Shown here one piece after another: positions 51,501 through 63,196 of a DNA stretch of 64,000 nucleotides. Both the position numbers and the translations under genes were made by a program. The notes under the pieces were generated by a model. The model ran no database searches. It was not told where the DNA came from and saw only the letters and a program-made list of their open reading frames with translations. Positions within the stretch are counted from its first letter, which is position 1; each line of letters starts with the position of its first letter. The DNA comes from Phoronis australis (lineage: Eukaryota; Animalia; Phoronida): assembly GCA_002633005.1 (NCBI GenBank), contig NMRA01000216.1:592441-656440 (forward strand), given 5' to 3'.

Positions 51501-54500
51501 TCCAATAACTGTCATTTCTAGACGCTTGTACATCTTGAATGATGGCACAAAAGTAATTTCTGTGGATCATTTCTCTATAATATCCCTCAGCACATAACCG
51601 TCTGGAATTAAATTATGTTTGCACAAGTTCCCTGCCATAATTATCTTCCTTCTGTCATTCTTTCCCATTTCCTGTCCAGTTGTCAATCAAACCGTCTTTA
51701 ATAGAAAGGTCGCACCTCTTCTTAAAGTTGCAATGATCGAAGGAAGTCACTTTCAGAATGTTGCGACAGGGTTCTGAAAAACATGTTTCACTTTTCCTTA
51801 AACTACCTGATTCTACAAAAATGTCTGCTTCACAGTTTTGTAATAGACCACAACGAAAACTAACAGTGGTACCCGTTTTTATCTTTCAAATCTTTAGTGT
51901 GCAATCTAAAACTTATGAATAGGAGTTTCATTCAACCGTTTGCGTACTAAGTTGGTTGCAAATTTTCTGCAATACAACATAACACTGGCTTCTTCTCATA
52001 TGAGAAGACTGAGGATGGTAGAATTGGCAGAAGACAGCATTTGATTTCAATTAAACCCCTTGCCCTCGAGAAATTTTGGTGCTAACAACACATAAACAGA
52101 TGAATGAAAATTCTTTCATAAGATTTGAATTGCTCAAAACTTCCTAGACAACACTTAAGAGAGAGACACTTGCATTAATTCGACCGTTTGTGTAAAAAAA
52201 TATCTGTGTTCTCACTGACATTCTCATAATATTCTAATCACAAGATGGCACTGCTGAGCTGACAACTGCTGTTTCAGCTCTCGTCACGAAAGTTAAAAAA
52301 GGTGTGCGATTTGGCAAGTACATGTTTCGCACTAACACACTGATCACGACACCTGCTTTGCTAGAGTTGTATTGTTTTGTAGTGCATATTTTTGTTGCCA
52401 TGTTTATTTTTATTTTTTGATTTTTGTTGAAATAACACTCATTAATTATCTGTATGATGTATGATGACATCAAAGTAATTGAAAATTTCACTTTATATTA
52501 TTGGTGATTTTTTTAAAGAAAATTGCAATAACAACAAGCATGAATTACTGAAATCTTGTATTATGAGGTTAGTAATAGTATGTCTTACAGCAGCTCTAAA
52601 GGTGAGAAATTTTAAAGTCGATTCTTGACTTTTGATTTGAGTTTTTGAACAGGTTCATGCTTTGAAGTGAGAATCATTCGATTCAACCTCTGAGTTTTCT
52701 TTGCTTAAACATAAGATTATTTCTGTACGGTATTTAAGTGTCCTATGCTTGTTTTTTCCACCTTAAAACGTGATGTTGCAAAGTTTGCATTTTGAAATGT
52801 AAAGGAAAAAATGTTAATGTAAAGAATTATGGTAATTTCAGACACTAAAGATGAAGGTGAAACTGATCTGGACGAGGAAAAGAAAGATGAAGACACTGAG
52901 AAAAAAGATGGTAATTATTTGTTGAAATTAATTTTAATTTGGGAAGTCAGACTGGCGAAAATGTGTTGGGTACCAGCTAAGTGACATTTGACCAATTGGC
53001 CATTTAAATTGTTTTGGATTACAGATGTCATCCTGAAATATAGCTGGCCATCTTGAACTATTGTTTTGTGATTATTCTTTTATTCTGTGAGCCAACTGAA
53101 GACTAGTGTGTATTATCTTACAGATACGCAGTCAGAGTTATCTCTCCATGTAACAACATCTGGAATTAGTGAAGGCAAGAACATAACATTATCTGAATGT
53201 AATATCAGGCATCGAAAGCAATTCCAAGTGACTATTTATGCTTGTGATAACTGTGCCTCATTTTTGCATAGTTTTTGGCCAAACTACTGTTTGATCAGGC
53301 TCACGAAATGTCAATCTCCATGCCATGTTGTTAGTTCTTTGTGAAACAATCTTGCCACCTGTTGACTGTGATTGTTATCCTGTACATTTTTCCTATGGCA
53401 CGATTACGGTTACCAACTTTTATTGTTCAGTTTGGATTATTTATAAAGTGGAAAAATAGCTAAGCATAATTTAGTATTTTTTAGTTATGAGCAAGACTGA
53501 ATATTAGCATAATGGGTTGAATTCATTCATGATGAAATTGAAGTAGTGAATCGTGTGTTTGTTAGCAGAACATTGCCTTTCACTGAATCGTTTCTTGGTT
53601 CCTTATATTGAGGGTGTTCCCATGGCAACAGTGAACAGTAATGAGACTACTCTCGTCAAAGATGGAATGATGCCCCATCGCAGCAATGAGCAGTGACGAG
53701 TCTACTCTCGTAAAACTGAGTTCTAAATTTTTGCTATTGTAGCCATCATGTACAAGATATTTTTTCACCTTATTCAGACGAAACAGTAGACGATGACAAA
53801 GCATCATCGAGGCCCCCAACCAGGAAGTCGTCGGCGGCACCCTCTGAGATAGAAGTGGACATCTTCCACCCTGAAGTGAAAGCCATTATTGATGAAGCCG
53901 TTCAACATGCGGAGAAACAACCGGTGCAACTGCCGGCTGAAGTCTGGGCAGAGGTGGCTGAAAGGGCAATAGCTGATCTGGAAAAGGTGTCGGCTGACCG
54001 TGGCGAGGACTCTCCACTGTACGTAGTGTCTAAGTGTTTTAATAGCATTGGTGCCACTTACAATGATCAAATCCATGTGGCTTGCATTGATCTTGATCTC
54101 TTACTCTTTACAGTGTGGCACATTCTCAATTCAATTCTCAATAATGAACATTGTATTAAACACGCAGACAGTGGAAACAGTTCAGTAACACGTGCGTGCC
54201 CACACACGCAGGCACACACAACTTAAAACCAAGCTGACGGAGACCTGGCTTATTGGGGACCAACAGTGTGATATAGAGTGATTCAAACCTGTGATCCGTA
54301 GCTTGATAGGTGGATGCATGCGCTGCCACAAGACAACACTGCTTCTGTGTAGTCATTTTTCACAGTATTTCACCATTGCTCTCTGTGCCTTTTTCATGTT
54401 TTGTCCATTTCAACTCATACATAATATACAAAACTTGTTCCTGGGCTACCTGTGAAGGAGTATCACCAAGTGAGTGCTTTTCATGTGCCATTCACTGCCT

Positions 54501-57500
54501 ATACGTAGTACTCATTTTCATCAGTAGGTGGCGAAGTTTGTTCCCTTATTCTTCATAGCCACACGACCAGCTTGTCCTCAACAATAATCGTTTATTAGCA
54601 CACAACGGATTATGAAGTTGAAAACTAATTCAAAGCAAGGATACAGAGTATTCAAAATACCAAGAAGTTTTGTATAATTGGAATGAGCAACACAAGCAGT
54701 CTTCCAGCTTCTTAACCTGTTCAGGACCCACTAATGTGATGTAGCGTGTGGTGCCATCTAATGAGTTATGAATTAATTACAAGTCTTTTTTCTCCTTGCA
54801 CATGTTTCTGATGTTTCTATGCATATGTGATTTGAGATTGTTTCGTCACTTATTATACTGGTCATCCGAAAGTCCTAACTATTGACAAAACCATGGTTTG
54901 ATCTTTGTGTATATCATGGAATTAATACTTTTTTAGAATTGAACTTGCATCTTCTTGTGAATTTCCATTGAGATTTATTGTTGGTATATTGTAGCACAAG
55001 ACTTAAGGCGTAGGTATCTTATGTTACTGGAAAAACTGATGTCTGTGGAAGAGTAACGACAGAACCTAGTGTACTGGGATGTTTGCCACCTTGCCATTTA
55101 TTGGATTGACGTTCTGTCTGATCAGTGTTCTTAACCTCTTCGTAATCAAACATTCAGGCTTATTGCTTTCATGAAATTTCCCAAATCAGAAGTATTTCTC
55201 AATCGTTCTCCTTTGCGGAATGTATCATTCATTTTGCTCATAACTCAGCAATTAATATAATTAATTAGTATTTTGTACTCAGCAGTAACACTACGGCTAA
55301 TGATTATTGAAGTCACTTGACATAACATATTTACCACATGACTCAAAAGGTTCCATGGCATATGTATGCAATTCTCCATGTTTCTGTCATGTCTTCTATC
55401 AGGCACGGAGGCTGGATCTTTGACGACTTCCCGAAGAATCGTGACCAGTGGTCGGCGCTCATCGAGCGTAACATTCTGCCCGACGATGTCGTCTGCCTCA
55501 AGGATAGTAGCGATGACTGGGAGTTCTCACAGCGTCGTTGGTATAAACTGAACAGGAGTGAGGTAGATGAGAAAGTCAACGCTCGGCTGAAGGCCGAGGC
55601 TGAAGAGAAGCTGCGCAAAGAGTTGGAGGAACAGTAAGTCACGGGATTCTAGATTAAAGTTTAATGTATGTTTGTTGTCTGACTGCTGCGGAGAAGCATG
55701 GTGTATCCAGTTGGCTATTCCACAGGCGGAAATGAATACTTGCATGATCTTAGCTTTTTGAGAATTTCTTGCATCTTCGTTTTCGTCCATTATTGCGCTA
55801 GCTCAGTTATGAGTATCTCACACAGTGCACTGTATACAGTAGCTTGATGCAATGAACTGATTGTTGGGTGATGAGTATTTGCAGTCCAGGTTATTTGGTG
55901 AAATACTCGGAATCTCATTGTTTGTGGTCTATGTCAAAGAGTGATCACCTTATAATGGTGGTACACTGCTAACAATATGTGGATAGTTCTAGAGTTTTGT
56001 CACAGGTGGCGCTATTGACTGATTCTCAAAACTTTTTCAGCTCCTTTTTGTTTGGCCACCAAATGCTCTGATGTGTAGATGTATGCATTTACCAATAGCA
56101 TGATTGTAGAAAAGCTTGCATAATAGGTGAAATTTTGTAGACAAAATACAGTAAATTTTGTTAATGTCTGAGTAATAGGAAGTATTTTCTGTCACGAAGC
56201 AGAGCTCATTCAAAACACGATGATTAAGATGGACAAGTTTGATTCTAGCTATTTAAAAATCTTTAAACTTTTGTAACAGCTCTAACAACACAAGTACTCT
56301 AATGTGCTTACAATTTAACTTGATTTTGTTTGCCTATCAAAAAAAAAAATATATATATAAAGTTAATAAACAATGTTTTTATCTTTGTACACTAGATATC
56401 AGATTTTCTGTCACGTGAACACTGTACTATGATTTGTCCAGGAGAAAGGCTGAAGAAGCGCGCATTCAGGCGGAAGAAGAGGAGAAACGGCGTAAGGAAG
56501 AAGAAAGACGCAGACGAATTGAGGCAGGCGAGGAAGAAGAAGGTGAAGATGATATTTCTTTTCTTGTTTTTTAGAGATATTGATGGGAAATAACTACTAG
56601 TCCCATTTCCAAACGTTGCTGGTGGGTTGTAAATGTGAAATTTCTGGTTGCTTTAGGTGACCTTGTGCGCACGTGGACAATAAGAGTTTGTGTCCAGTGT
56701 CACAGTTGGGAAGCTGAATAAAATTTGAGGTAGCCGGGGCAAAGTTGAGGTCCCTAGAAGTTTATAGTTTCGCAAGAGTCTCAACCAACAACTGCAAACT
56801 GAAATTGGCTCTTGTGGACAAATTTTTGTCCTTATTGTATCAATAAGTAAACATGTTGTTTTAATCGTGTCCTGATGCAACATGTCACTCAAACACAATC
56901 CAAAATCAGCTGGAATCGATGAAATTTTGTGCTGGTGGCCATGCCGATTTTGCACGTTGCAGATGTCATGAACTTGTTTGCCGATTACCATTGTGATTTG
57001 TGTTGATGTTATGAAATCTTTAAAGGTATGATTGGCCTGTTATTATAAATGAGATTTTCCTGATTCTGATCGGAGCAAATATTTTGTAATTTCTGTATTT
57101 GACGATCTCACATGAACTTTAAGTGTGACCTTATTTCATGAAGAATTAAAAAGTTATATTTTCGTGCCTAAGTGTATGGGGAAAAGTTTAAAATTGTCAA
57201 CTAATTAAAAACCCGAAACAAACGGTGGAAAATCTGGGAAGTTCAGGTGGTGTTTGGCAAGTTGGGCAACTAAAATTTGAAATCGCGTTTTGCTAGTGAG
57301 GTTCTTTTTGAAATTACCGTAGGCAATCTGAGGTCATATTTTGTCCATATCAGAACATGCATCCAACGATTTCAAAAGCATTTTGTGTATATGTTAGAAA
57401 ACCACATATTGCGAAAGTGATACTTATGTTTCTAGGCATGATTTTACCACTACTTATATTTTGATTTGTTAACTAACCTGTTGTGCTCATTAAGGTCATG

Positions 57501-60500
57501 TTGGACTCAATAGACAAGTGTGTGTAATTAGCCAATTGAAATATTTACAAAACTATTAATTTATGCACAGTAAATGTTGACGTTTTCTGAAAGTAAAAAT
57601 CATGTAAAACTTGATTTTCGACTTTTTACCAATCTGTCATGTATTAAGTCATGTGGCCTTGTCTTTTTAGTAAAATTTAGCAAAGAGGCAAATTCATAGT
57701 AGAGCAACGGTATCAAAACATGACCAAATTTCATTTGATGTACACACTCAAGATGAAATCTCATGATGCTGTTACAGTTTACTAAATCATTTCATTTGTA
57801 TTTTTCACAACTTTCAAGTTTTTTTATAAAATTCCTATTTTTCAATAACACCTCATGCAAAATTGTGACATTTTGAAAACAAATCGTAACAATAGTTTGT
57901 AGTGTAGTGTGTAACGCATGTAAGTATGGTTGTGAGAGTTTCACATGAATCTGATCACCCGGCATTTCTGGGATATCACGTTCAGCTAGATTTTCACATA
58001 TTATAGAGTCCTACGTATTATAAGTCGTGAACAATTCTTGTGTACTAACCTCTTCACCCCCTTTCTCAGACTCCGATGGTTCGGTGAAGTCTGCCATGTC
58101 ACGATCACCCAGTCCGACCAGCAGAGGTATTTAATGCATAGCTTCATGCTGGCCGTCCATCATTCCCCAAAAGCTACATGGATTCCCATACCGCTTTGCT
58201 TGCATTGCATTATGACGTGATTTGCATGACATATATTTTCTTATTGTGGTATCATAGGTGATAGTCTCTCTATTGTTTGGGTGATTTACCAAATGCACAC
58301 TGTATGAGTCTGGGTTGACAAAAATTACCATCTTTACTCATCTTTGTCAGTAAAGATTATCAGTGATGCTAAAGTGGAATTTGCTGCCAATGTCATAATT
58401 TGAAGAGCTTATATGCTATGATCTATTTGCTTACTTGAAACTCAGGCGTGTTTCATTAGATTACTGTACAGTCAATATATTGACTCACAAAACATCACTT
58501 AGTCATTCCACACCATTACCTCTAACTGCTTGCTTTCTTATTCAGAGACTGCTTGAGTTTTTTATTTTAACAGGGAACTCAGTTACTTGCACATGTAAGA
58601 AGACCCACACAAACACACACACATACACAACACGCATGTGCGCGCACACACACAAATAACATATTTTTGAGTACATTACAAGAAAGGAAAACTCAAATAT
58701 AGGGATGAAACTGCTCAGTAATAAAGAGAAAATAATTCTCATAGTACTTTTTAGTAAATTACCACATTCTACTACTAAGATATGGTGCAGTTTGTAGCAG
58801 ATTTCAAGTCATGAAAGCTGTTTGCTGCCATTAACGTGCCCTGTTAGTGAATTCTGGAGCTCGTGAAGAACGATCACTGCATCTTTCGAGTTAACATTTC
58901 TTTTACAAGGTATTTACAGTTAGTTCTATCATTTTAGTTTACTTCGATCTTTTTATGGACGATATTCTTTATTTATTGGTTTTGTTTTGCAAACAAAATA
59001 GAACCTGCTGAGGAGGGTGACAAAGAAGGTGAAAGTAACCAAGAAGTTGAAAAAGAGGCTGAGAAGGAGCCTGAAAAAGAGGCTGAAAAAGAAATAGAAA
59101 AAGAGTCTGAGACAGAACCCGAGAAAGAGGCTGAGAAGGAATCTGAATCACCATTGGCTGAGGGAGAAGAAAGTGAGACTCAGCAGGAGGCTGCAGCACC
59201 ATCTGGTGAAGAGGCCGAGAAGCCTGAGGAGGACAAGTCAGAGGGAGCCATGTCCACTGTAGCACCCACTCCTGATGTGCCATCAAAAGCTGAGGAGATT
59301 GTGCAGGAAGGTACTGGTGACATCTGTTAGCTTGTGGTTATAACGGATGCATTTGACAGTCATGGTTGTACGAAGGATCATGGCAGTCATTTGTCCTGTG
59401 TTATATCAATATTTTAATCTGAATAACTAAAGCGTCTATTTTCTTCTGTTCTTTGTAATCTAGACAAGGCTAATGTTGGTGAGTTGCAGAGTTTGATGTG
59501 AGAGCAGGCTAGTTTATGAGTTAAATTTTGAGTGCAATATCTTGAACAGCGTGCCTTTTTGCATTAGTTGGTGCAATTAAGTTGATGAATAATTTGTTGT
59601 AGGACTGTGACATATTATTTCAAGAGTGGTTAAATTTAATTTATGTACCTTAAGTAACCCTTTATCAGCCATTGACGAGCATCATCTCACACGTCTTAAA
59701 TGCAATCTCTCATTTTGATCTCTGCCAACTTGAGCAAAAAGTTGACATGGAAAATTCTTTTGCTTAATTTGTAAATTCCCTGCAAAAATATTCTTGACAG
59801 CAAAAAGTTATGGCACCACTTTTTTCTTCATTTTATTTGTTTTGTATTAGCTGACTGTTACAAGAGTGCTGTTGTTAGTATGCAGTGTTTGAATGTCTAC
59901 TTACATCTGACCATTGCTCAGTTCTCTTTCAAGCACTTCCTATCATATACAGTACAGAGTCAACGATTTAAACTCGTCTGTTAAATGCCATTCAATTTTT
60001 AACTCAAGTCAATTTCAATTTCTTTCTTATAAACAATATAAAATTGACATTTTTGATTGTTTATGCATTCACATGAAGGGAAGTCTATCTGCATTTTCGT
60101 GAGTTTTCTTGCGGGACGCTGTTTTTGAAATTTATTTCTCGCTACACATGTCATTTGAAGAATTTTTCAAAATNAGGCAATAACACCTCATGCAAAATTG
60201 TGACATTTTGAAAACAAATCCTAACAATATTTTGTAGTGCAGTGTGTAACGCATGTAAGTATGGTTGTGCGAGTTTCACATGAATCTGATCCCCGGCATT
60301 TCTGGGATATGACGTTCAGCTAGATTTTCACATTTTACAGAGTCCTACATAACCTTAAGTCGTGAACAATTCTTGTGTACTAACCTCTTCACCCCCTTTC
60401 TCAGACTCCGATGGTTCGGTGAAGTCTGCCATGTCACGATCACCCAGTCCGACCAGCAGAGGTATTTAATGCATAGCTTCATGCTGGCCGTCCATCATTC

Positions 60501-63196
60501 CCCAAACGCTACATGGATTCCCGTACTGCTTTGCTTGCATTGCATTATGACGTGATTTGCATGACATATATTTTCTTATTGTGATATCATAGGTGATAGT
60601 CTCTCTATTGTTTTGATAATTTACACTAATGCACACTGCATGGGTCTGGGTTGCCAAAAATTACCATCTTTACTCATCTTTGTCAGTAAAGATTATCAGT
60701 GATGCTAAAGTGGAATTCGCTGCCAATGTCGTATTTTGAAGAGCTTATATGCAATGATCTATTTGCTTACTTGAACCTCAGGCGTGTTTCATTAGATTAC
60801 TTTACAGTCATTATATTGACTCACAAAACATCACTTAGTCATTCCACATCATTACCTCTAACTGCTTGCTTTCTTATTCAGTGACTGCTTGAGTTTCTTA
60901 TTTTAGCAGGGAACTCGGTTACTTGCACATGTAAGAAGACCCACACAAACACACACACATACACAACACGCATGTGCGTGCACACACACACTCACACGTG
61001 CACACGAATGCGCACACGCACGCGCGTGCACACACACACACAAATAACATGTCTTTGAGTACATTACAAGAAATGAATACTTAAATATAGGGATGAAACT
61101 GATCGATCAGTAATAAAGAGAAAATAATTCTCATAGTACTTTTTAGTAAATTACCACATTACCGCTAAGATATGGTGCAGTAGCAGATTTGAAGTCATGA
61201 AAGGTGTTTGCTGCCATTAACGTGCCCTGGTAGTGAGTTCTGAAGAATGATCACTGCATCTTTCGAGTTAACATTTCTTTTACAAGGTATTTACAATTAG
61301 TTCTATCATTTTAGTTTACTTCTTTTTATGGACTTTATTCTTTATTTATTGGTTTTGTTTTGCAAACAAAATAGAACCTGCTGAGGAGGGTGACAAAGAA
61401 GGTGAAAGTAACCAAGAAGTTGAAAAAGAGGCTGAGAAGGAGCCTGAAAAGGAGGCTGAAAAAGAAATAGAAAAAGAGTCCGAGACAGAACCTGAGAAAG
61501 AGGCTGAGAAGGAATCTGAATCACCATTGGCTGAGGGAGAAGAAGGTGAGACTCAACAGGAGACTGCAGCACCATCTGGTGAAGAGGCCGAGAAGCCTGA
61601 GGATGACAAGTCAGAGGGAGCCATGTCCACTGTAGCACCCACTCCTGATGTGCCATCAAAAGCTGAGGAGATTGTGCAGGAAGGTACTGGTGACATCTGT
61701 TAGCTTGTGGTTATAACGGATGCATTTGACAGTCATGGTTGTACGAAGGATCATGGCAGTCATTTGTCCTGTGTTATATCAATATTTTAATCTGAATAAC
61801 TAAAGCGTCTATTTTCTTCTGTTCTTTGTAATCTAGACAAGGCTAATGTTGGTGAGTTGCAGAGTTTGATGTGAGAGCAGGCTAGTTTATGAGTTAAATT
61901 TTGAGTGCAATATCTTGAACAGCGTGCCTTTTTGCATTAGTTGGTGCAATTAAGTTGATGAATAATTTGTTGTAGGACTGTGACATATTATTTCAAGAGT
62001 GGTTAAATTTAATTTATGTACCTTAAGTAACCCTTTATCAGCCATTGACGAGCATCATCTCACACGTCTTAAATGCAATCTCTCATTTTGATCTCTGCCA
62101 ACTTGAGCAAAAAGTTGACATGGAAAATTCTTTTGCTTAATTTGTAAATTCCCTGCAAAAATATTCTTGACAGCAAAAAGTTATGGCACCACTTTTTTCT
62201 TCATTTTATTTGTTTTGTATTAGCTGACTGTTACAAGAGTGCTGTTGTTAGTATGCAGTGTTTGAATGTCTACTTACATCTGACCATTGCTCAGTTCTCT
62301 TTCAAGCACTTCCTATCATATACAGTACAGAGTCAACGATTTAAACTCGTCTGTTAAATGCCATTCAATTTTTAACTCAAGTCAATTTCAATTTCTTTCT
62401 TATAAACAATATAAAATTGACATTTTTGATTGTTTATGCATTCACATGAAGGGAAGTCTATCTGCATTTTCGTGAGTTTTCTTGCGGGACGCTGTTTTTG
62501 AAATTTATTTCTCGCTACACATGTCATTTGAAGAATTTTTCAAAATACTGAGAATTTGAAAAGAAATAAAAGCGTGAATATTGTAAGTGTTGCTTTGTAT
62601 GTAGAACAACCTTCAGTAGAGGAGATTCCGGAGGAGGATGTGCTGCCCCCTGCTGGCCCTGAGACGGAGGAGTTCAAGAAGTCAATGAAGGAGTTCACAT
62701 CTGAGTGGCCGACCATTCAGGGCATCATCACTGGCAGCAGCTCGGCTGAACCCGTTGTCTTGGAGATAGCCGATGGTCAGTCACTGGACGAGATGTTAGA
62801 AGAAGTCTCCAAGACCATGGAGAGTAAGTACAGGCTATAATGAGTTTTTTTGGAAAATTGGTGATGTTGATTTTGTTGACGAGCTTTGTGGTGTGGAATG
62901 GAGAGTTTGTATGCAATGTGAGGAGGCATACATATTTTCTTCCACTCAATGTGCTGGTCCTTCAACAAGCTGGGTCCGCATTAAACTAATTGTGAGCATA
63001 ATGGAATGGCATTGAATAGATGTTATGTGGGTGTTACCCTTTTTGGTCTGCAGTTTTAAAACAAGCTGTGTGTCATTCCTCCTTAGATCTGTACACATAC
63101 TCTGGCTGGGAGTATGCTGGCATGGATATTGATGAAGAGGAAGAAGATGCCGAGGCTGACGCAGCTGCTAATGAAGAAGAGGAGGAAGAAGAAGAG
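39515..63196 (+). CDS. AK9: Adenylate kinase 9-like, 5' part only (gene continues beyond the window)
   Basis: Exons 39515-39526 (MAES), 42044-42196, 42476-42596 (P-loop GKPGSGKT), 43342-43604 (GYVLDGFP), 44141-44251, 44515-44586, 44957-45157, 45681-45922 and 46319-46499 (YHS-like CPVAL..KFMKNPRPYL, second P-loop GSPLSGKS), 46851-47010, 47978-48001, 49760-49801, 50068-50190, 52842-52910, 53124-53174, 53778-54018, 55403-55633 (GGWIFDDFP), 56442-56542, 58070-58126, 59002-59310, 62605-62823, 63087-63196. Phases are consistent throughout. The small exons are less certain than the domain exons. Confidence 0.9.
41519..41856. repeat. 43-bp minisatellite, 8 copies, in AK9 intron 1
   Basis: Unit TACTGTGGATAACACAGTGTCTTGTTGGCTGAAGACACTATTG; copies start at ~41519 (partial), 41558, 41601, 41644, 41687, 41729, 41772 and 41815. 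Confidence 0.95.
47209..47541. mobile_element. Degenerate MITE with GGCCAAA.. TIRs
   Basis: TTGGCCAAAAAGCACAGTTGGTTC / GAACCAATGCTTATTTGGCCTAA; similar ends at ~211-476. Confidence 0.4.
48472..48631. mobile_element. MITE family B copy, reverse orientation, internally deleted
   Basis: ACAGTAAAATCTCACCAATTTGGGACACAATATG ... AAAATTGGCGAGACTTTACCGTA. Confidence 0.6.
49099..49643. mobile_element. TTAA/Kolobok-type MITE
   Basis: TTAA-GGTTTTGTAGGACCC ... GAGTCCTACAGAACC-TTGA; interior has ATGCATAAAGCA as in the 1064 copy. Confidence 0.65.
49552..51619 (+). repeat. Tandem near-identical duplication (49552-50380 vs 50382-51619) joined at an N; probable haplotype overlap
   Basis: Single N at 50381, exactly at the junction. 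Copy 2 differs by a few SNPs and a ~410-bp insertion. It repeats two AK9 exons at 50590-50631 and 51307-51429. Confidence 0.9.
50742..51150. mobile_element. ~410-bp insertion present in only one of the two duplicate copies
   Basis: Empty site AAAGATTTTATTTAGA at 49901; filled site AAAGATTTTAT-cgtaatc...aaatttaa-TTTATTTAGA, with a possible TTTAT duplication. Element class is uncertain. Confidence 0.6.
57490..58023. mobile_element. TTAA/Kolobok-type MITE
   Basis: TTAA-GGTCATGTTGGACTC ... GAGTCCTAC; the duplicate copy keeps an intact end, GAGTCCTACATAACC-TTAA, at 60340-60358. Confidence 0.65.
57843..62546 (+). repeat. Tandem near-identical duplication (57843-60173 vs 60178-62546) joined at an N; probable haplotype overlap
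   Basis: Single N at 60174. The copies differ by SNPs, indels and CA-repeat length. It repeats two AK9 exons at 60405-60461 and 61375-61683. Confidence 0.9.
60941..61043. repeat. Imperfect (CA)n microsatellite; shorter version at 58605-58654
   Basis: The CA/CG alternating run is about 50 bp longer in duplicate copy 2. Confidence 0.85.

Noticed and set aside
52591-52601. Possible AK9 microexon (TACAG|CAGCTCTAAAG|GTGAG)
   Set aside because: The splice-like sites look good, but lengths of 11 or 8 nt would shift the frame. It cannot be supported without RNA data, although a poison exon is possible.
58969-61659. Two 105-aa minus-strand Q/P/L-rich ORFs
   Set aside because: They are antisense shadows of the duplicated EKE-repeat exon of AK9.
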